Shown: positions 50,731 through 63,928 of the stretch, in pieces
Layout of the letters: the number at the start of each line of letters is the position of its first letter
How positions within the stretch are numbered: the first letter of the stretch is position 1
NCBI RefSeq assembly: GCF_006345805.1
Contig: NC_042999.1
Span: forward strand, 43,524,001 to 43,588,000
Direction: 5' to 3'
DNA: 64,000 bases
Source of the DNA: Octopus sinensis
Lineage: Eukaryota
The notes under the pieces: generated by a model
Database searches by the model: none
Seen by the model: only the letters and a program-made list of their open reading frames with translations
What the model was told of the DNA's origin: nothing
Program-made: the position numbers and the translations under genes

Positions 50731-51318
50731 TAATTATGATAATAATAATGATAATAATAATAATCCTTTCTACTATAAGCACGGGACCTGAAATTTTGTA
50801 GGAGAGTACTAATCGATTACATCAACCCTAGTGTTTCACTGATAATTAATTTATTGACCCTGATAGGATGAAAGGCAAAGTCAACCTCGGCAGAATTTGA
50901 ACTTAGAACATAAGGATGGACGAATAATAATAATCCTTTCTACAACTAGCACATGACCTGAAGTTTTGTAGGAGTGGGATGTTGATTACATTGATCCCAG
51001 TGCTTAACTGATAGTTATTTCATCAAAGCCAAAAGGATGAAAAGCAAAGTCGACCTCACTGGAGTTTGCACTCAGAATGTAAAGTCAGATGAAATGCTAC
51101 AAGGCATATTTTGTCCAGCATGCTAATGTCTTTCTACCATAGGCCTGACGTTTTGTGGAAGGAGGCTTGTTGATTATATTGACCCCCAGTGCTTGCCTGC
51201 TACTTATTTAATCAATCTTATAAGGATGAAAGGTAAAGTCAACCTTGGTGGTATTTGAACTTAGAATGTTACTAAAACTTTTGTCCACCATGCTAATGAT
51301 TCTACCAGCTTGCTGCCT

Positions 51319-51349
<31 letters not shown>

Positions 51350-51782
51350 ATTCTGGTTTTATTGGCCACAAGAGCTAACATAATTTTAAAAATATGTAAG
51401 GACAAATACAGGATGAAAAGTACAAAGAGTTTTGCGAAAAAGAAAGGTCCGAGTAAACATTAAAATAACAGCAAAAAATATAACAAATTAAACTCCCAAT
51501 AAGGGGTGCGCTTTAAAAGGTTACTCATGGAAAAACCCATAAAAGCCACGGGATCCTGGTCAAAAGGGGGTAGAGAGCCCCTTCTTTTATATTACCTTTT
51601 TTTTACAGGTGTAACCTCAGAATTGGTCCATTCATACTGCCCATTTTACTGATATTCACCCACCTTTCAATAAATTTGTTTTGAGACAGCACTTCCCTCT
51701 CTACTCTCATCTTCCTTTTCAAGTGGAATTTGAAAAAGTTGATGGCCAAAGAGGAAAGTGTCTGACTTTAGCCCTTTTAATA

Positions 51783-51838
<56 letters not shown>

Positions 51839-52061
51839 CTTTTCTACTATAGGCACAAGGCCTGAAATTTTGGGGAAGGGCCTAGTTGATTACATTGACC
51901 CCAGTATTTCACTGGTACTTCATTTTAACAACTTCACCGTGACAAAAAGGAAAGTTAAGCTAAGCAAGACGTGAACTCAGAATGTAGAGAGCCAGTACAA
52001 ATACTACAAAATATTTTGTCTAACACTGTAATGATTCTGCATCTCCACCACCCAACATCAA

Positions 52062-52094
52062 ACTACTACTACTACTACTACCACCACCACCACC

Positions 52095-52145
<51 letters not shown>

Positions 52146-52581
52146 GCTACTGCTGCTGCTGCTGCTGCTGCTACTACTACTACTAATAATAATAATAACA
52201 ATAACAACAACAACAATAATAATAACAACAACAATAATAATAGTAATAATAAAAATAGTAATAATAATAATAATAATAACAATAATAATAATAACAACAA
52301 CAATAATAATAGTAATAATAAAAATAGTAATAATAATAATAATAATAATAACAACAATAATAATAGTAATGATAAAAATAGTAGTAATAATAATAATATT
52401 GATGATAACAATAATAATAATAACAACAACAATAATAATAGTAATAATAAAAATAGTAATAATAATAATAATAATAATAACAACAATAATAATAGTAATG
52501 ATAAAAATAGTAATAATAATAATAATATTGATGATAACAATAATAATAACAACAACAACAATAATAATAGTAATAATAAAA

Positions 52582-52630
<49 letters not shown>

Positions 52631-52677
52631 TAATAATAATAACAACAACAATAATAATAGTAATAATAAAAATAGTA

Positions 52678-52714
<37 letters not shown>

Positions 52715-52950
52715 CAATAATAATAGTAATAATAAAAATAGTAGTAATAATAATAATAATAATAACAACAATAATAATAGTAATAATAAAAATACTAATA
52801 ATAATAATAACAATAATAATAATAACAAAAACATTAATAATAGTAATAATAAAAATACTAATAGTAATAATAATAACAACAATAATAATAGTAGTAGTAG
52901 TAGTAGTAGTAGTAATAATAATAATAATAGTAAAAGCAGCAGTGATAATA
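52062..52950. repeat. About 900-bp compound trinucleotide microsatellite
   Basis: (ACT)(ACC)(GCT), then (AAT) with recurrent AATAGTAATAATAAAAATAGT higher-order unit. Confidence 0.95.
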
Positions 52951-53411
52951 ATGTTTTCTTTGTTAACAATGAAGGGTTCACAAAAACATTGGGGACAGTA
53001 CTGGACAATACAATACAGAAGCCACAAGAACTCAAAGAGATACATAAAATAACTGAATGGCTTACAAAGAAAATGTGTGTGTAAAGAATGAATAAGTAAT
53101 ACAAAGAGAAGGAGAGAGGTGAAAGACATTATATAATACATAAATGGACAAATGAAAAATTCAATGGAACAAATATTTGTGTGTGAATAAATAGGAAAAA
53201 AAATCTGATAAAACACAACAATTAAAACAAGTTATAATTAAAGAAAACAAATATGAAAAAATACTAGCTCAATGGGTTAGAGGACACCATATCTCTGCCT
53301 GCCAGCTGTTGTTTCTAGCATTGTGTGGTGCAACCAAAAGCACCAGTTAACAATTTTTTTGAGTTAGTGGGTTTGAAAACTCCAAATGAGTGTTTTCATT
53401 TGATATAGTAT

Positions 53412-53580
53412 AGGCACAGGCGTGGCTGTGTGGGAAGAAGTCTGCTTCCAAACCATGTGGTTTCAGATTCAGTTCCACTGCAGGACATGTTGGACAAGTG
53501 TCTTCTATAGCCCCAGACCAACCAAAGCCAAAGCCTTGTGAGTGAATTTGGTAAATGGAGACTGAAAGAAACCCATCATT
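53412..53580 (+). mobile_element. SINE family A-related 5' half
   Basis: Head and body similarity. Confidence 0.7.
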
Positions 53581-53672
53581 ATATATATATATATTCAAAA
53601 TGTGACCACGTATGTACCGTTGGCGATTTTTTTTCCTCTGTCTTCCCTTCTCTGGATCTTTCCTTCTCCTAT

Positions 53673-53707
53673 GTTTCCGACGAAGAGCTCCGCTCGAAAT
53701 GTTAAAC
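53673..53707 (+). ncRNA. Minimal hammerhead motif, sister of 32466-32500
   Basis: GUUU-CCGACGA-A-GAGC(UCC)GCUC-GAAA-U-GUU-AAAC; C15.2 to U consistent with CpG decay; whole about 220-bp host fragment homologous to 32375-32600. Confidence 0.55.
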
Positions 53708-53810
53708 CCTCCTTCTTTCCTTCTTTCCTGAGCGTCCAATAATACTATATTTGTTCCACGTCCTCGCATTGTTGTGTTTTTTTGTGCTTTCATGTTTGGA
53801 TTAACTTTAT

Positions 53811-53862
<52 letters not shown>

Positions 53863-53897
53863 TGTATATATATATATATATATAGAGAGAGAGATAT

Positions 53898-53952
<55 letters not shown>

Positions 53953-53955
<3 letters not shown>

Positions 53956-54345
53956 GGTGTTTCAAAAAATTCAATATAATTTGGGATGTAAATATCACAG
54001 AAACTACATAGTCAATGCAAATGAAACTAAACAGGGTTAATGTTGAGCAACATAAGAGTTATTCTTCCAAATTTGAATGAGAAATTCAAAGGTATGTGAA
54101 TTCCATGAACAATTTCACAAATGCTCAATGTATGCACTGCCCAAACACTCTTGGGTAACAGTCTCCAGTGCGGTAGTGATTCTTTGCTCGAGTTCCTCTA
54201 GGTTTGCAAGAAGAGAGGGGATATAGAACAGACCCTTCATATAGCCTCATATTTGCACTTTCACCTGTCATCAGCTAAACAAACTGTGGCTTGTAGGGTT
54301 TCCTCAGGATGCACCAAACTGTCGCTGGAGGAATCTGTTCCCTTG
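53953..54345 (-). mobile_element. Internally deleted Tc1/mariner-superfamily element
   Basis: CAGGGTG terminus; minus-strand GYMKGLFY...NLEELEQRITTAL and PATVWCILRK..PYK fragments. Confidence 0.65.
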
Positions 54346-54480
54346 TCATTTATTTAATTTTATGTTATGCTCTGTACTCAACTTTCTGAAGCATATGTGT
54401 ATTGAGTTCCATCAGCAGGTTATTAGTGTCACTATGCCTATGAAAAATATTATAATAATATATAATATAATGTGTGTGTA

Positions 54481-54515
<35 letters not shown>

Positions 54516-55262
54516 TTGCGCCTTGACTTTGCATATGAGTTTAAATGGGTGTTGTTGTCAATTAAATGGTGTCCCTTATTTCCAGTGCTTCATAAAAACT
54601 TGTCTGTTCATAGGGAAAATATTACCTTACTGGGAAACAGGTAAAGGTTGGTGACAGGAAGGGCATCCAGCTATAGAAAAGTCCATTTCAACAAATTCTG
54701 TCTGATCCATGCAAGCATGCATAAGTGAACATTAAAACAATGACGATGATTATGATAGTGTCTAAGTTTTATTTTTACTAGGAATCTGTCTTTTGCCTGT
54801 ATTATGAAATGTGCTTGTTGTTTTTTGTTTTTTACTTAAATGGAAAATCTATGGCAACATAAATGTTTGATTTTATCTATAAGTTGTCTGTTTGATTCTC
54901 GAAGGATGATGAATCATAGTTCTTCATCTTCCTATTCATCATTCTTCATTATTTATTTCTTTGAGGAGGGTCATCATTGTTTTGTGAAAATTGTTCCTCC
55001 TCACCTGTTTTTGTAGTTTTATGTTGACTTTTCTTTATCTGAGATCTTTTTTCCTTTTTTTCCTCTTGTGTTTTCTTTGACATTTTGTACTCTTTCTTCA
55101 GTAACCATCGTTTCTTACTTATCACATGATGATGGAGTGGTGCTGCTGGTTGATACAGTTAGATAAAAGAGTGTTTATGAGCTTGTTTCTAGGACTAGGC
55201 ATAAAGCAGTTCTCCTACCATTCACAGAAGTTTGACTGATGGTGCTCTGGAAACTACAGTTT

Positions 55263-55492
55263 CTTATTTCATTACTGCCCACAAGGGGCTACACACAGAG
55301 GGGACAAACAAGGACAGACAAACGGATTAATTGATTATATCGACCCCGGTGCATAACTGGTACTTATTTAATCAACCCTGAAAGGATGAAAGGCAAAGTT
55401 GACCTCAGCGGAATTTGAACTCAGAACGTAATGGCAGACGAAATACCACTAAGCATTTCGCCTGGTGTACTAACGTTTCTGCCAGCTCGCCG
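55263..55492 (-). mobile_element. SINE family B, full length with 17-bp TSD
   Basis: TCTGGAAACTACAGTTT at 55246-55262 and 55493-55509. Confidence 0.92.
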
Positions 55493-55559
55493 TCTGGAAA
55501 CTACAGTTTGTTGCTCTTGCTGTTGTTGTTGTTGTTGTTGTTGTTGTTAAGCAACAAGA

Positions 55560-55830
55560 CGGGTAAGGATGATTAGGTGATGGTCTAGGGCTTAGGGGCA
55601 GGAGACCTCAGACCTTGGAAAAACAAAAAAAGAAACTTTGGTCACCTTGTTGTAGTCAAGGGCTCCTCGTTGACGCCCGACACCACTGGGAGGGGGCCCT
55701 CGAAGTCGCTGGAAATGGAGATCTCCAGGTCCAAATTCTTGAACAGCTGCTCTTGCTGCTGCTTTGACTGGCTTTTCTTTTTTTTTTCTGGTTTTTTAGT
55801 TCTTCAGGTTAAGGAGTTCTTACTATGACA
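55560..55830 (-). mobile_element. Probable LINE ORF1-like remnant
   Basis: GC-rich KPVKAAARAAVQEFGPGDLHFQRLRGPPP frame without splice context; assignment is inference. Confidence 0.35.
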
Positions 55831-56231
55831 AATATAACAACTAGGCCTTTTGGCCTGTCTAATTACACTTTGTCTTAACAGCCTCAACTAAGCATGGTTC
55901 CTGTATGGCTTTGTGGTCATTGAGTGTCATATTAAGATTTTCAAATTCTCCCCTCTCCACCTTCTGACTATATGCCACCTTTCATTAGCTCTGCTTTGAT
56001 CACTATTGCAATTCAAAAGTCATGATTAACCATAGATTTATATTATTTACAGTGTCTCTTACCATCACTCTTGTATTTCTTTGTCCCATGGACTAAGGCA
56101 CAAATGTATGGATGGAGATATGTCAAACAATTTTAGCCTAGTTTTTGGTTTTGAAAATACAGCAGATAGTGCCGTAACTTTTTACCTTTCTGAGTTAAGA
56201 GGACTTCTTCCCAGATATTCCAAAGTACTTG

Positions 56232-56460
56232 CTGTCTCAATTGAAGGAGAGGGGCTTTCTCCGTCCGTGTTGCGGATCCGTGGAATAAGCTGCCGGACGA
56301 GATAGTGAAGATGCCGACGACCGCTCGGTTCAAAGTCTCCCTTGACCACAAATGGCCTGAACTCTTTGCATGAACACCACCCTGTACATAACTCCATGTC
56401 CCCCTACATGGCCTTGCTTTTTGCTTTTTGAGCCAAAAAATTAACTTAACTTAACTTAAC
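56232..56460 (+). mobile_element. 5'-truncated CR1-like LINE with (TAACT)n tail
   Basis: RRGAFSVRVADPWNKLPDEIV...FKVSLD*; TACTTG TSD at 56226-56231 and 56461-56466. Confidence 0.85.
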
Positions 56461-57054
56461 TACTTGTCATGAGTTTTGTGCCATCTTTTCTAAAGCATAG
56501 ATATATGATGTTTTTCCTTGCTCTCTCATGGATTATATCCTACAACTCCGAAACACTTAAATCTAAAAATTTAATTCGTCTTGTTTCTTTTATAAGTGAA
56601 GGAAGAACAGCCTAAACATATCTACTATATGAGCAATTTAAAGTGCAAATGTTGCCACTATTATTGTTATTATTATCTTCAAAATTATCTGCTAGACTAT
56701 TTGGAATATCTTTATCGATTCATTTAAATTTTCCTTTTTGTTCATTCAGCTATGTATTTTGTTTATGTGTTGTTTTCTTCCTCGTTGGCTATTGTAACAT
56801 TATGTCATGTACTGTATTTGTGTTTGATGATCATTTTAAAAGTCACAAATGTTGTGTGTGTAAATAATTAAGAATAAATTATGTAAAAACAAACACACTT
56901 TTAGATTGTCTGTCCTTGGGTATCAAGAACAGGTTTGCCTCAGAGTGTTTTACTTTTATAATACTTTCAACAAGTATTCGAAAAAATTTTTTTTAGTAAT
57001 CCTATGAATATAATCTAGCTTTGAAGCAAAATAAACATGTGTATGCTTTGAGAT

Positions 57055-57282
<228 letters not shown>

Positions 57283-57782
57283 AGCACTCAGAGAGCACAA
57301 ATCTCTGCCAAGGCACCACTAACGTCCTATAAACAATTAGCCAGAGATGACTCTTAAAATGAGAATATCTGAAATAAACTAGACTGCTCTCACAAACGAG
57401 AATACTAAAGATGAACCTGACCACTCTCAAAAATTAAGTAAAAAACAGGAAAAATAATCCAGAATCCTTGTCTGGTACCTGATCAATCCCAATGGTAGTC
57501 ATGGAATATGAAGGGGGCCATAGAAAATTTAGTAACAGTAATAAATAGTTTATCCTTATCTAATACAAGCCAAAGTTAATGAATTCACCATTCAAAATAG
57601 TTTCAAAGGCAAATGTAATAATAATAAGTCCTACTCAGAAATTTTTAAATGAAAGTATGAGAACTTTTGGTTTTCTCTTCTCTTAAATTCTGACCTTACT
57701 TTAGTATTCCTGTTGTTTTAGATCGATGTATAGATGTATTTATATAAGTATACTATAAAGTGTTAATATGTGTGTATAATAT

Positions 57783-58020
57783 ATACTCTTTATTCTCTTT
57801 TACTCTTTTACTTGTTTCAGTCATTTGACTGTGGCCATGCTGGAGCACCGCCTTTAGTCGAGCAAATCGACCCTGGGACTTATTCTTTGTAAGCCCAGTA
57901 CTTATTCTATCGGTCTCTTTTGCTGAACCGCTAAGTGACGGGGACGTAAACACACCAGCATCGGTTGTCAAGCAATGCTAGGGGGACAAACACAGACACA
58001 CAAACATATACACACACACT

Positions 58021-58054
<34 letters not shown>

Positions 58055-58219
58055 TACGACAGGCTTCTTTCAGTTTCCGTCTACCAAATCCACTCACAAG
58101 GCATTGGTCGGCCCGGGGCTATAGCAGAAGACACTTGCCCAAGTTGCCACACAGTGGGACTGAACCCGGAACCATGTGGTTGGTTAGCAAGCTACTTACC
58201 ACAAAGCCACTCCTGCGCC
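57783..58219 (-). mobile_element. SINE family A
   Basis: Reverse-complement match. Confidence 0.9.
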
Positions 58220-58646
58220 TATATATATATATATATATATTATAAAAATATGTTAGTGTTATTTAATTTCTGAATGGTTTTGCTGCTGTTTATTTATGTA
58301 GTTTGATTTCTTTATCCATCAGTCTCTACTAAGATAAAGACGTGAGTAAAATTAATAATAGAGAAACAAAAATAAAACTTTGGAAACAGCCTAAAGGGAA
58401 ATAATTAAGAAAGACTTGAAAGTCAATGCAAGATCATTATCATGTAAAGTAAAGTAAATATAACAAACAATCCAGAATCCTTGCCTGGTACTGGATCAAT
58501 CTCAAAATCTAATCAGTTTGTGCCAGTCACGAGGCCAAACATCTCTGAAAGTCTCATCTGAATCCATTCAGTGGTTCTTGAGATATCTTGTCTATGGGCA
58601 AACAAAAACAACTGAAAACAATATCTCCACTTTTGCTAAGGCAGAG

Positions 58647-58710
<64 letters not shown>

Positions 58711-59545
58711 TGATGATGACAATGATGACGATGATGATGATGATGATGATAATGATGATGATGATATCAAATTTTGGCACAAGGCTAGCAATTTCAGGAG
58801 AGGGAGTAAGTTGATTATATCAACCCTATTGCTCAACTGGTACTTATTGCAACAACCTCAAAAAGAATGAGAAATAAAGTTGACCTTTGTAGAATTTGAA
58901 CTCAGAAAGTTAAGACATGAATTGCTGCTAAGCATTTTTGTCTGGTGTGCTAATGATTCTTGCTAGCCCATTACCTTGATGGTTTCAAAATTTAGGCCAA
59001 GACCAAAAGTTTTGGGGGCTATTGGTTCCAGTATTTGAATGGTACTTTATTTCATTAACCTTGGAGGGATTAAAAGTAGGGCTGACCTCAACAAGATTTT
59101 AATTCAGAACATAGTCAGAAGAGAAACTGCAAAGCATTTTGTCCACTGATCTTATTGGTAGAATCTTATGATTCTACCAATTCATTGCCTTGAAAAACTT
59201 TTTTGGGGTTTGATCTAACCCTGGGTCAGCTCTGTTCAAGTAGAATTCTAAGTTGAGTTGATTGCTGTGCGATTTGAAAACAAAACATAAAAGACCAGAA
59301 CAAATACCATTATGATGATTTTGTGAATTACCTGTGTGATATGGTTGTGTAGTGTTTGTTATTGATGTGTGGTGTTTGTGCTTGTTACTTTGTGTCATTT
59401 GTTGTGTGGTTGAGTGGTTGCATAGAAATGGATGTAGGTGGTGATGTAGTATTTTGTTGTTTAACCTGAGATCAGTACTTGATTGAGCAGACCCATGATC
59501 AATGACTTACCAGTCATGCATATTCCATCATTTTAGATATAACAG

Positions 59546-59708
59546 GCACAGGCATGGCTATGTGGTAAGAAGTTTGCTTCCCAACCACATGGTTCTGGGT
59601 TCAATCCTACTGTGCATCACCTTGGGAAAATAATGTCTTCTGCTAAAGACCGAGGCCAACCAAATCCTTGTGAGTAGATCTGGTAGATAAAAACTATTCG
59701 AGGCCCAT

Positions 59709-59712
<4 letters not shown>
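59546..59712 (+). mobile_element. SINE family A-related 5' half
   Basis: Head similarity. Confidence 0.7.
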
Positions 59713-59745
<33 letters not shown>

Positions 59746-60183
59746 CTGTCTCTTTGCCTTGACATTGTATGATAGTCATGAACAAATGTCACAGCCATGC
59801 AAGTGTTTTCCTCTACTCCAAATCTTCTGTGCAAACATGACTGGTCATGAGGAAGTATTACCTTACTTAGAATCAGGTGAGGGTTAGAAACAGGAAGGGC
59901 ATCCAGCCATAGAAAAACCATCTCAACAAAATCATGTCTGACCCATGAGAAGAGTGGACAGAAAAACAATGATGACAATAATAATAATGCTAGGCTACAT
60001 TATCTAATGTGTCCGTTCTTGACCAAGATATTGGTGTGTGATTTGAGGGAGATTTAGTTGGTGTTCTCTTTATTGCAGGGTCATGTGACAACATGAAAGT
60101 TCTCTTATAAGATTGTGTTGAGGCTATTAGGGGCACCAGTAGTAGTAGTTGAGAATTGTGGTAATGAAGAACCTGAAAATCAT

Positions 60184-60232
<49 letters not shown>

Positions 60233-60472
60233 CACTGAAGATAGAGGAGAAAAAGGTAAAAGACAAAATATTTCTCCCTTCCCACTACCCCTCACTGATA
60301 TTGTTGTGAGCTGAGAGAGAAAGGGAGAAGCAAAGTAAGAGAGAGAGGGGGAAGCAGAGAGAGAGAGAAGCAAAGAAAGAAAGATGCAGAGCAAGTGAGA
60401 AAGACAAAAAGAAGCAGGAAAAAGGGAAAGAAGCAGAGAGAAAGAGAAGCAAAGAAAGAGAGAGAGAGAGAG

Positions 60473-60597
60473 AAGCAGGGGAGAGAGAGAAGCAGGGGAG
60501 AGAGAGAAGCAGGGGAGAGAGAGAAGCAGGGGAGAGAGAGAAGCAGGGGAGAGAGAGAAGCAGGGGAGAGAGAGAAGCAGGGGAGAGAGAGAAGCAG
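60473..60597. repeat. 17-bp minisatellite (GAAGCAGGGGAGAGAGA) x about 7
   Basis: Direct reading. Confidence 0.9.
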
Positions 60598-61771
60598 GTT
60601 GGAATCTGGCCATCAAAGAAGACTGGAAAAAAGCCCTTCTCTTTCCACCCTCACTTTCCTTTCCAAATGAAACTAAAAATCTTGATGAGGGCTTGCCCAA
60701 AGAGCAAAGTCTCTGCTCTCAATCCTTGTCTACTACACAACCTCTTTGTCATATCCACCAGATAGAGGAACACTGCCTGCTAAGCCTTGATAAAAGAGGG
60801 CAATAGGACTCAGCTGATAGCCAGACAAATCCTACACATGACAATATCTGTTCAACGTAACTCCACAAGCCAGCAAAGCTCTGACATTGTGCATGTCTAT
60901 CAGTATGGTTTCATAATTCTGTGCACATCTCAGCTACTTGGTTGGGTGAAGCACAAACATACACAATCTCCAATAGATCCATAAACAGCAGCCTCCATCT
61001 TATGTGATACATGAAGGAGAGAGAGCAGGAAACAAATTTAGCTTTAGTAGGTTACTGATCAATTTGGATTAGTTGAAAGCTTTTGATAAGGTTGATCATC
61101 AAACTTGGCAGCTGTTAAAATCAGGTAAGAAGGGTGAAATCAATATCATAAAAATATAAATAATTAGCAATAAATAACGAAATAATAAAGAACGAAATAA
61201 CAAGAAAGAAATCCCCAAACAGTGGACAACTCTACATAGATTCACATAGCAAAAAAAGGCAAGTATCTTCTCCCTCTTAGATGGTCATTTCCCTGTGTAC
61301 CCTGATTTTTGTTCATGGGTAGCAACTGTTATTTCCTATTTGATTACTCCTAGAAAGTATGGAAAATGGCTAGTATTTCCATCAAAATTTGCTTTTGTTA
61401 CATTTATTCAAACCCCAAAGAATCCCTCTCCACACATGGCTATGATGCTCATGATCGGAGATGCACATATTGTCAGCCACTAAGGGACATGTTCAAGTGG
61501 TTATAGCTAAGCAACTGACAAGCAAATTTGTGTTATTGAGCAGAATATTTGCTATAATGATATTTCTGCTTCAGCAACTCAGTGCTGAATCTTGTTTGAA
61601 ATGTAACAGAAAATAGGTTAGTTTCAAAACATTGATGTCCATACCACAAAAGCAAAGTTTGAAGGGAATAGTAGTCATTTCCTTTGATTTCTAAATAGAA
61701 GCAAATAGGAAATAGTACTTGTTGACCAAGGACAAAAAAATTAAAAAAATTTAAAATAAAAATTTTCTTAC

Positions 61772-61912
61772 ACAGTCTAGTCTAGTCATAGTCCGACACG
61801 TGACCCGGCCGGTTGTTCGAGATTGCGCAGTTGCATCGATCTCCACGTATTCTTGAAAGACGGGGTTCACTTCGTTATGAGTCTGCTGCCTAACGTGGCC
61901 TCCCAAACGGGC
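61772..61912 (-). CDS. Candidate 141-nt exon (ARLGGHVRQQTHNEVNPVFQEYVEIDATAQSRTTGRVTCRTMTRLDC); strand uncertain
   Basis: Unique GC/CpG-rich island; TACTAACAG acceptor, GTAAGA donor, open phase 0-0; a plus frame 61781-62017 is also open. Confidence 0.4.
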
Positions 61913-62959
61913 CTGTTAGTACAGCTCAAATACTGTGAGAATCTGTATATTTTGGCAATATTATTATTAATCTCTCAGCTCCGGTGCTATGTAGATAACT
62001 CTATTTTGACTCTTTAAAACAAAAAAAAAAAATATATATATATTTGAAAAAGAGAAAATATTTTAAAAAAAACAAAAAAAACAAATGACAGTGGAAAAGA
62101 AGACAGGAGAAAAATACAAACAAACAGTGTTATCAAATGAACAATTTAGAGAAATTTTCCACCATCCTTCAAGAAGATCTGAAGATCAGTGTAAAGGTAC
62201 TGAAGATCAGTGTAAAAGTATGAGGGTTACCAGTTAAGATGTTGAACCACTCATTCCCTATTATTTACTGCATGATATTTCAAATTATAAATATTTATAA
62301 AAGATCTTTCTTGTGTACAACTCACTCATTTCTGATTGGCAATATATCAACATGATAATGCTCTTGTCAATTCTGCCAAATTAATCAAAACATTTCTCCA
62401 AGATCATGAAATTTGGATTTTATTTTGGTCTTAGTAGTCTTAAGATTTGAACTTTATTAAACATTTATGACAGATCATTAAGCTAAAGCTGAACTGAACA
62501 ACTTTTAAAAGGAAGGAATTTGCAGCAGATCAGAATGAATGGTATGAATTAGAGACTTGATTATTGGATTAGCTGGCTGACAGTGGGATTAATACAATAA
62601 TGAATTTGCAAGATAATCCATGCTAGAAACATTGATTATGAATAAACTTCAATTTTAATCATAATGATTTCAACAAAAAATATCTTAAAATAAACAATAA
62701 TTTTGCAGCAGCTTCATTCTATTGGAAGAAATTAATATATATTGTTGACATCATAAAAATTTTATAAACTTCCATGAATTAATTTTTTTCCCGAAATATC
62801 TCAAAGCACACACATAAAACTGCAAATAATAGCATGTTATTTTGGGTTGAAAAATCCCTATTGAATAAAATAAAAAGACAGCCTTCAACTTTTCATATCC
62901 AAAGAGTTGTTCCATCCAATGATTACATGTCAACAAATATATGTGTGTGTATGTGTGTG

Positions 62960-63001
<42 letters not shown>

Positions 63002-63057
63002 ATGCATGTGTGTGTGTATATATATATATATGTGTGTGTGTGTGTATATATATATAT

Positions 63058-63314
63058 AACAATTGCAGCCTGGAAGGTGTTTATATGCCATTTAAGAAAC
63101 ACACAAAATCTGTTAGATTCATTTCAACATTTAAATTTAATTTGTCAAAATATTTTCATCGCTTTGAGACCGCGACCTGTTCACTGACAAAACTTCGTGC
63201 TACATTAAAGTGACGAAAATATTTTGACAAATTAAATCTAAATATTGAAGTGAATCTAACAGATTTTGTGTGTTTCTTAAATGGCTTATAAACACCTTCC
63301 ATGCAGCAATTGTT
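63058..63314. mobile_element. Foldback MITE (about 108-bp arms)
   Basis: 63058-63165 pairs with 63207-63314. Confidence 0.8.
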
Positions 63315-63367
63315 TTCGTTCCAGCACACGATCTTAGATCAAGTCACTCGCTATGCAAGTACATCTC

Positions 63368-63470
63368 CGTAATCATCATCATCATTTAACGTCCACTTTC
63401 CATGCTAGCATGGGTTGGACGGTTCAACTGGGGTCTAGGGAGCCCGAAGGCTGCACCAGGCCAGTCATCG
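63368..63470 (-). mobile_element. RTE LINE 3'-end fragment
   Basis: (CAT)n-TTTAACGTCC-...GCTAGCATGGGTTGG. Confidence 0.85.
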
Positions 63471-63478
63471 GGCTCCCC

Positions 63479-63551
<73 letters not shown>

Positions 63552-63841
63552 CTTTTATTACCCCTTATACTTTCTTCCTCTTTTCTTTTTCTCGCTTCCC
63601 CTCTCTCACATTTCTTGGCCCTCTCTTTCTTTAACTCCTACTTTTCCTGCTCGTTTATCTCCCCTGTACCTTTCCCTTTGTCTCTGACTTTTTTCTCTCT
63701 TTCCCCGTTTGTCCCCTAATCCTTCAATCCTGCTGCCCCCTACCTCTTTCTCCTCCTTCCATGTGATCAGTGTTCGGCTAGCCATGATCTTACTTTCTTG
63801 GCCTGACTGCCAGCCGCCAACATCTCTTATGTCCATCTCCT

Positions 63842-63928
<87 letters not shown>

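Noticed and set aside
31215-54285. Other CUGANGA hits (e.g. 9305, 31215, 38724, 46850, 54270)
   Set aside because: No correctly placed GAAA-stem III-UH with a closing stem I
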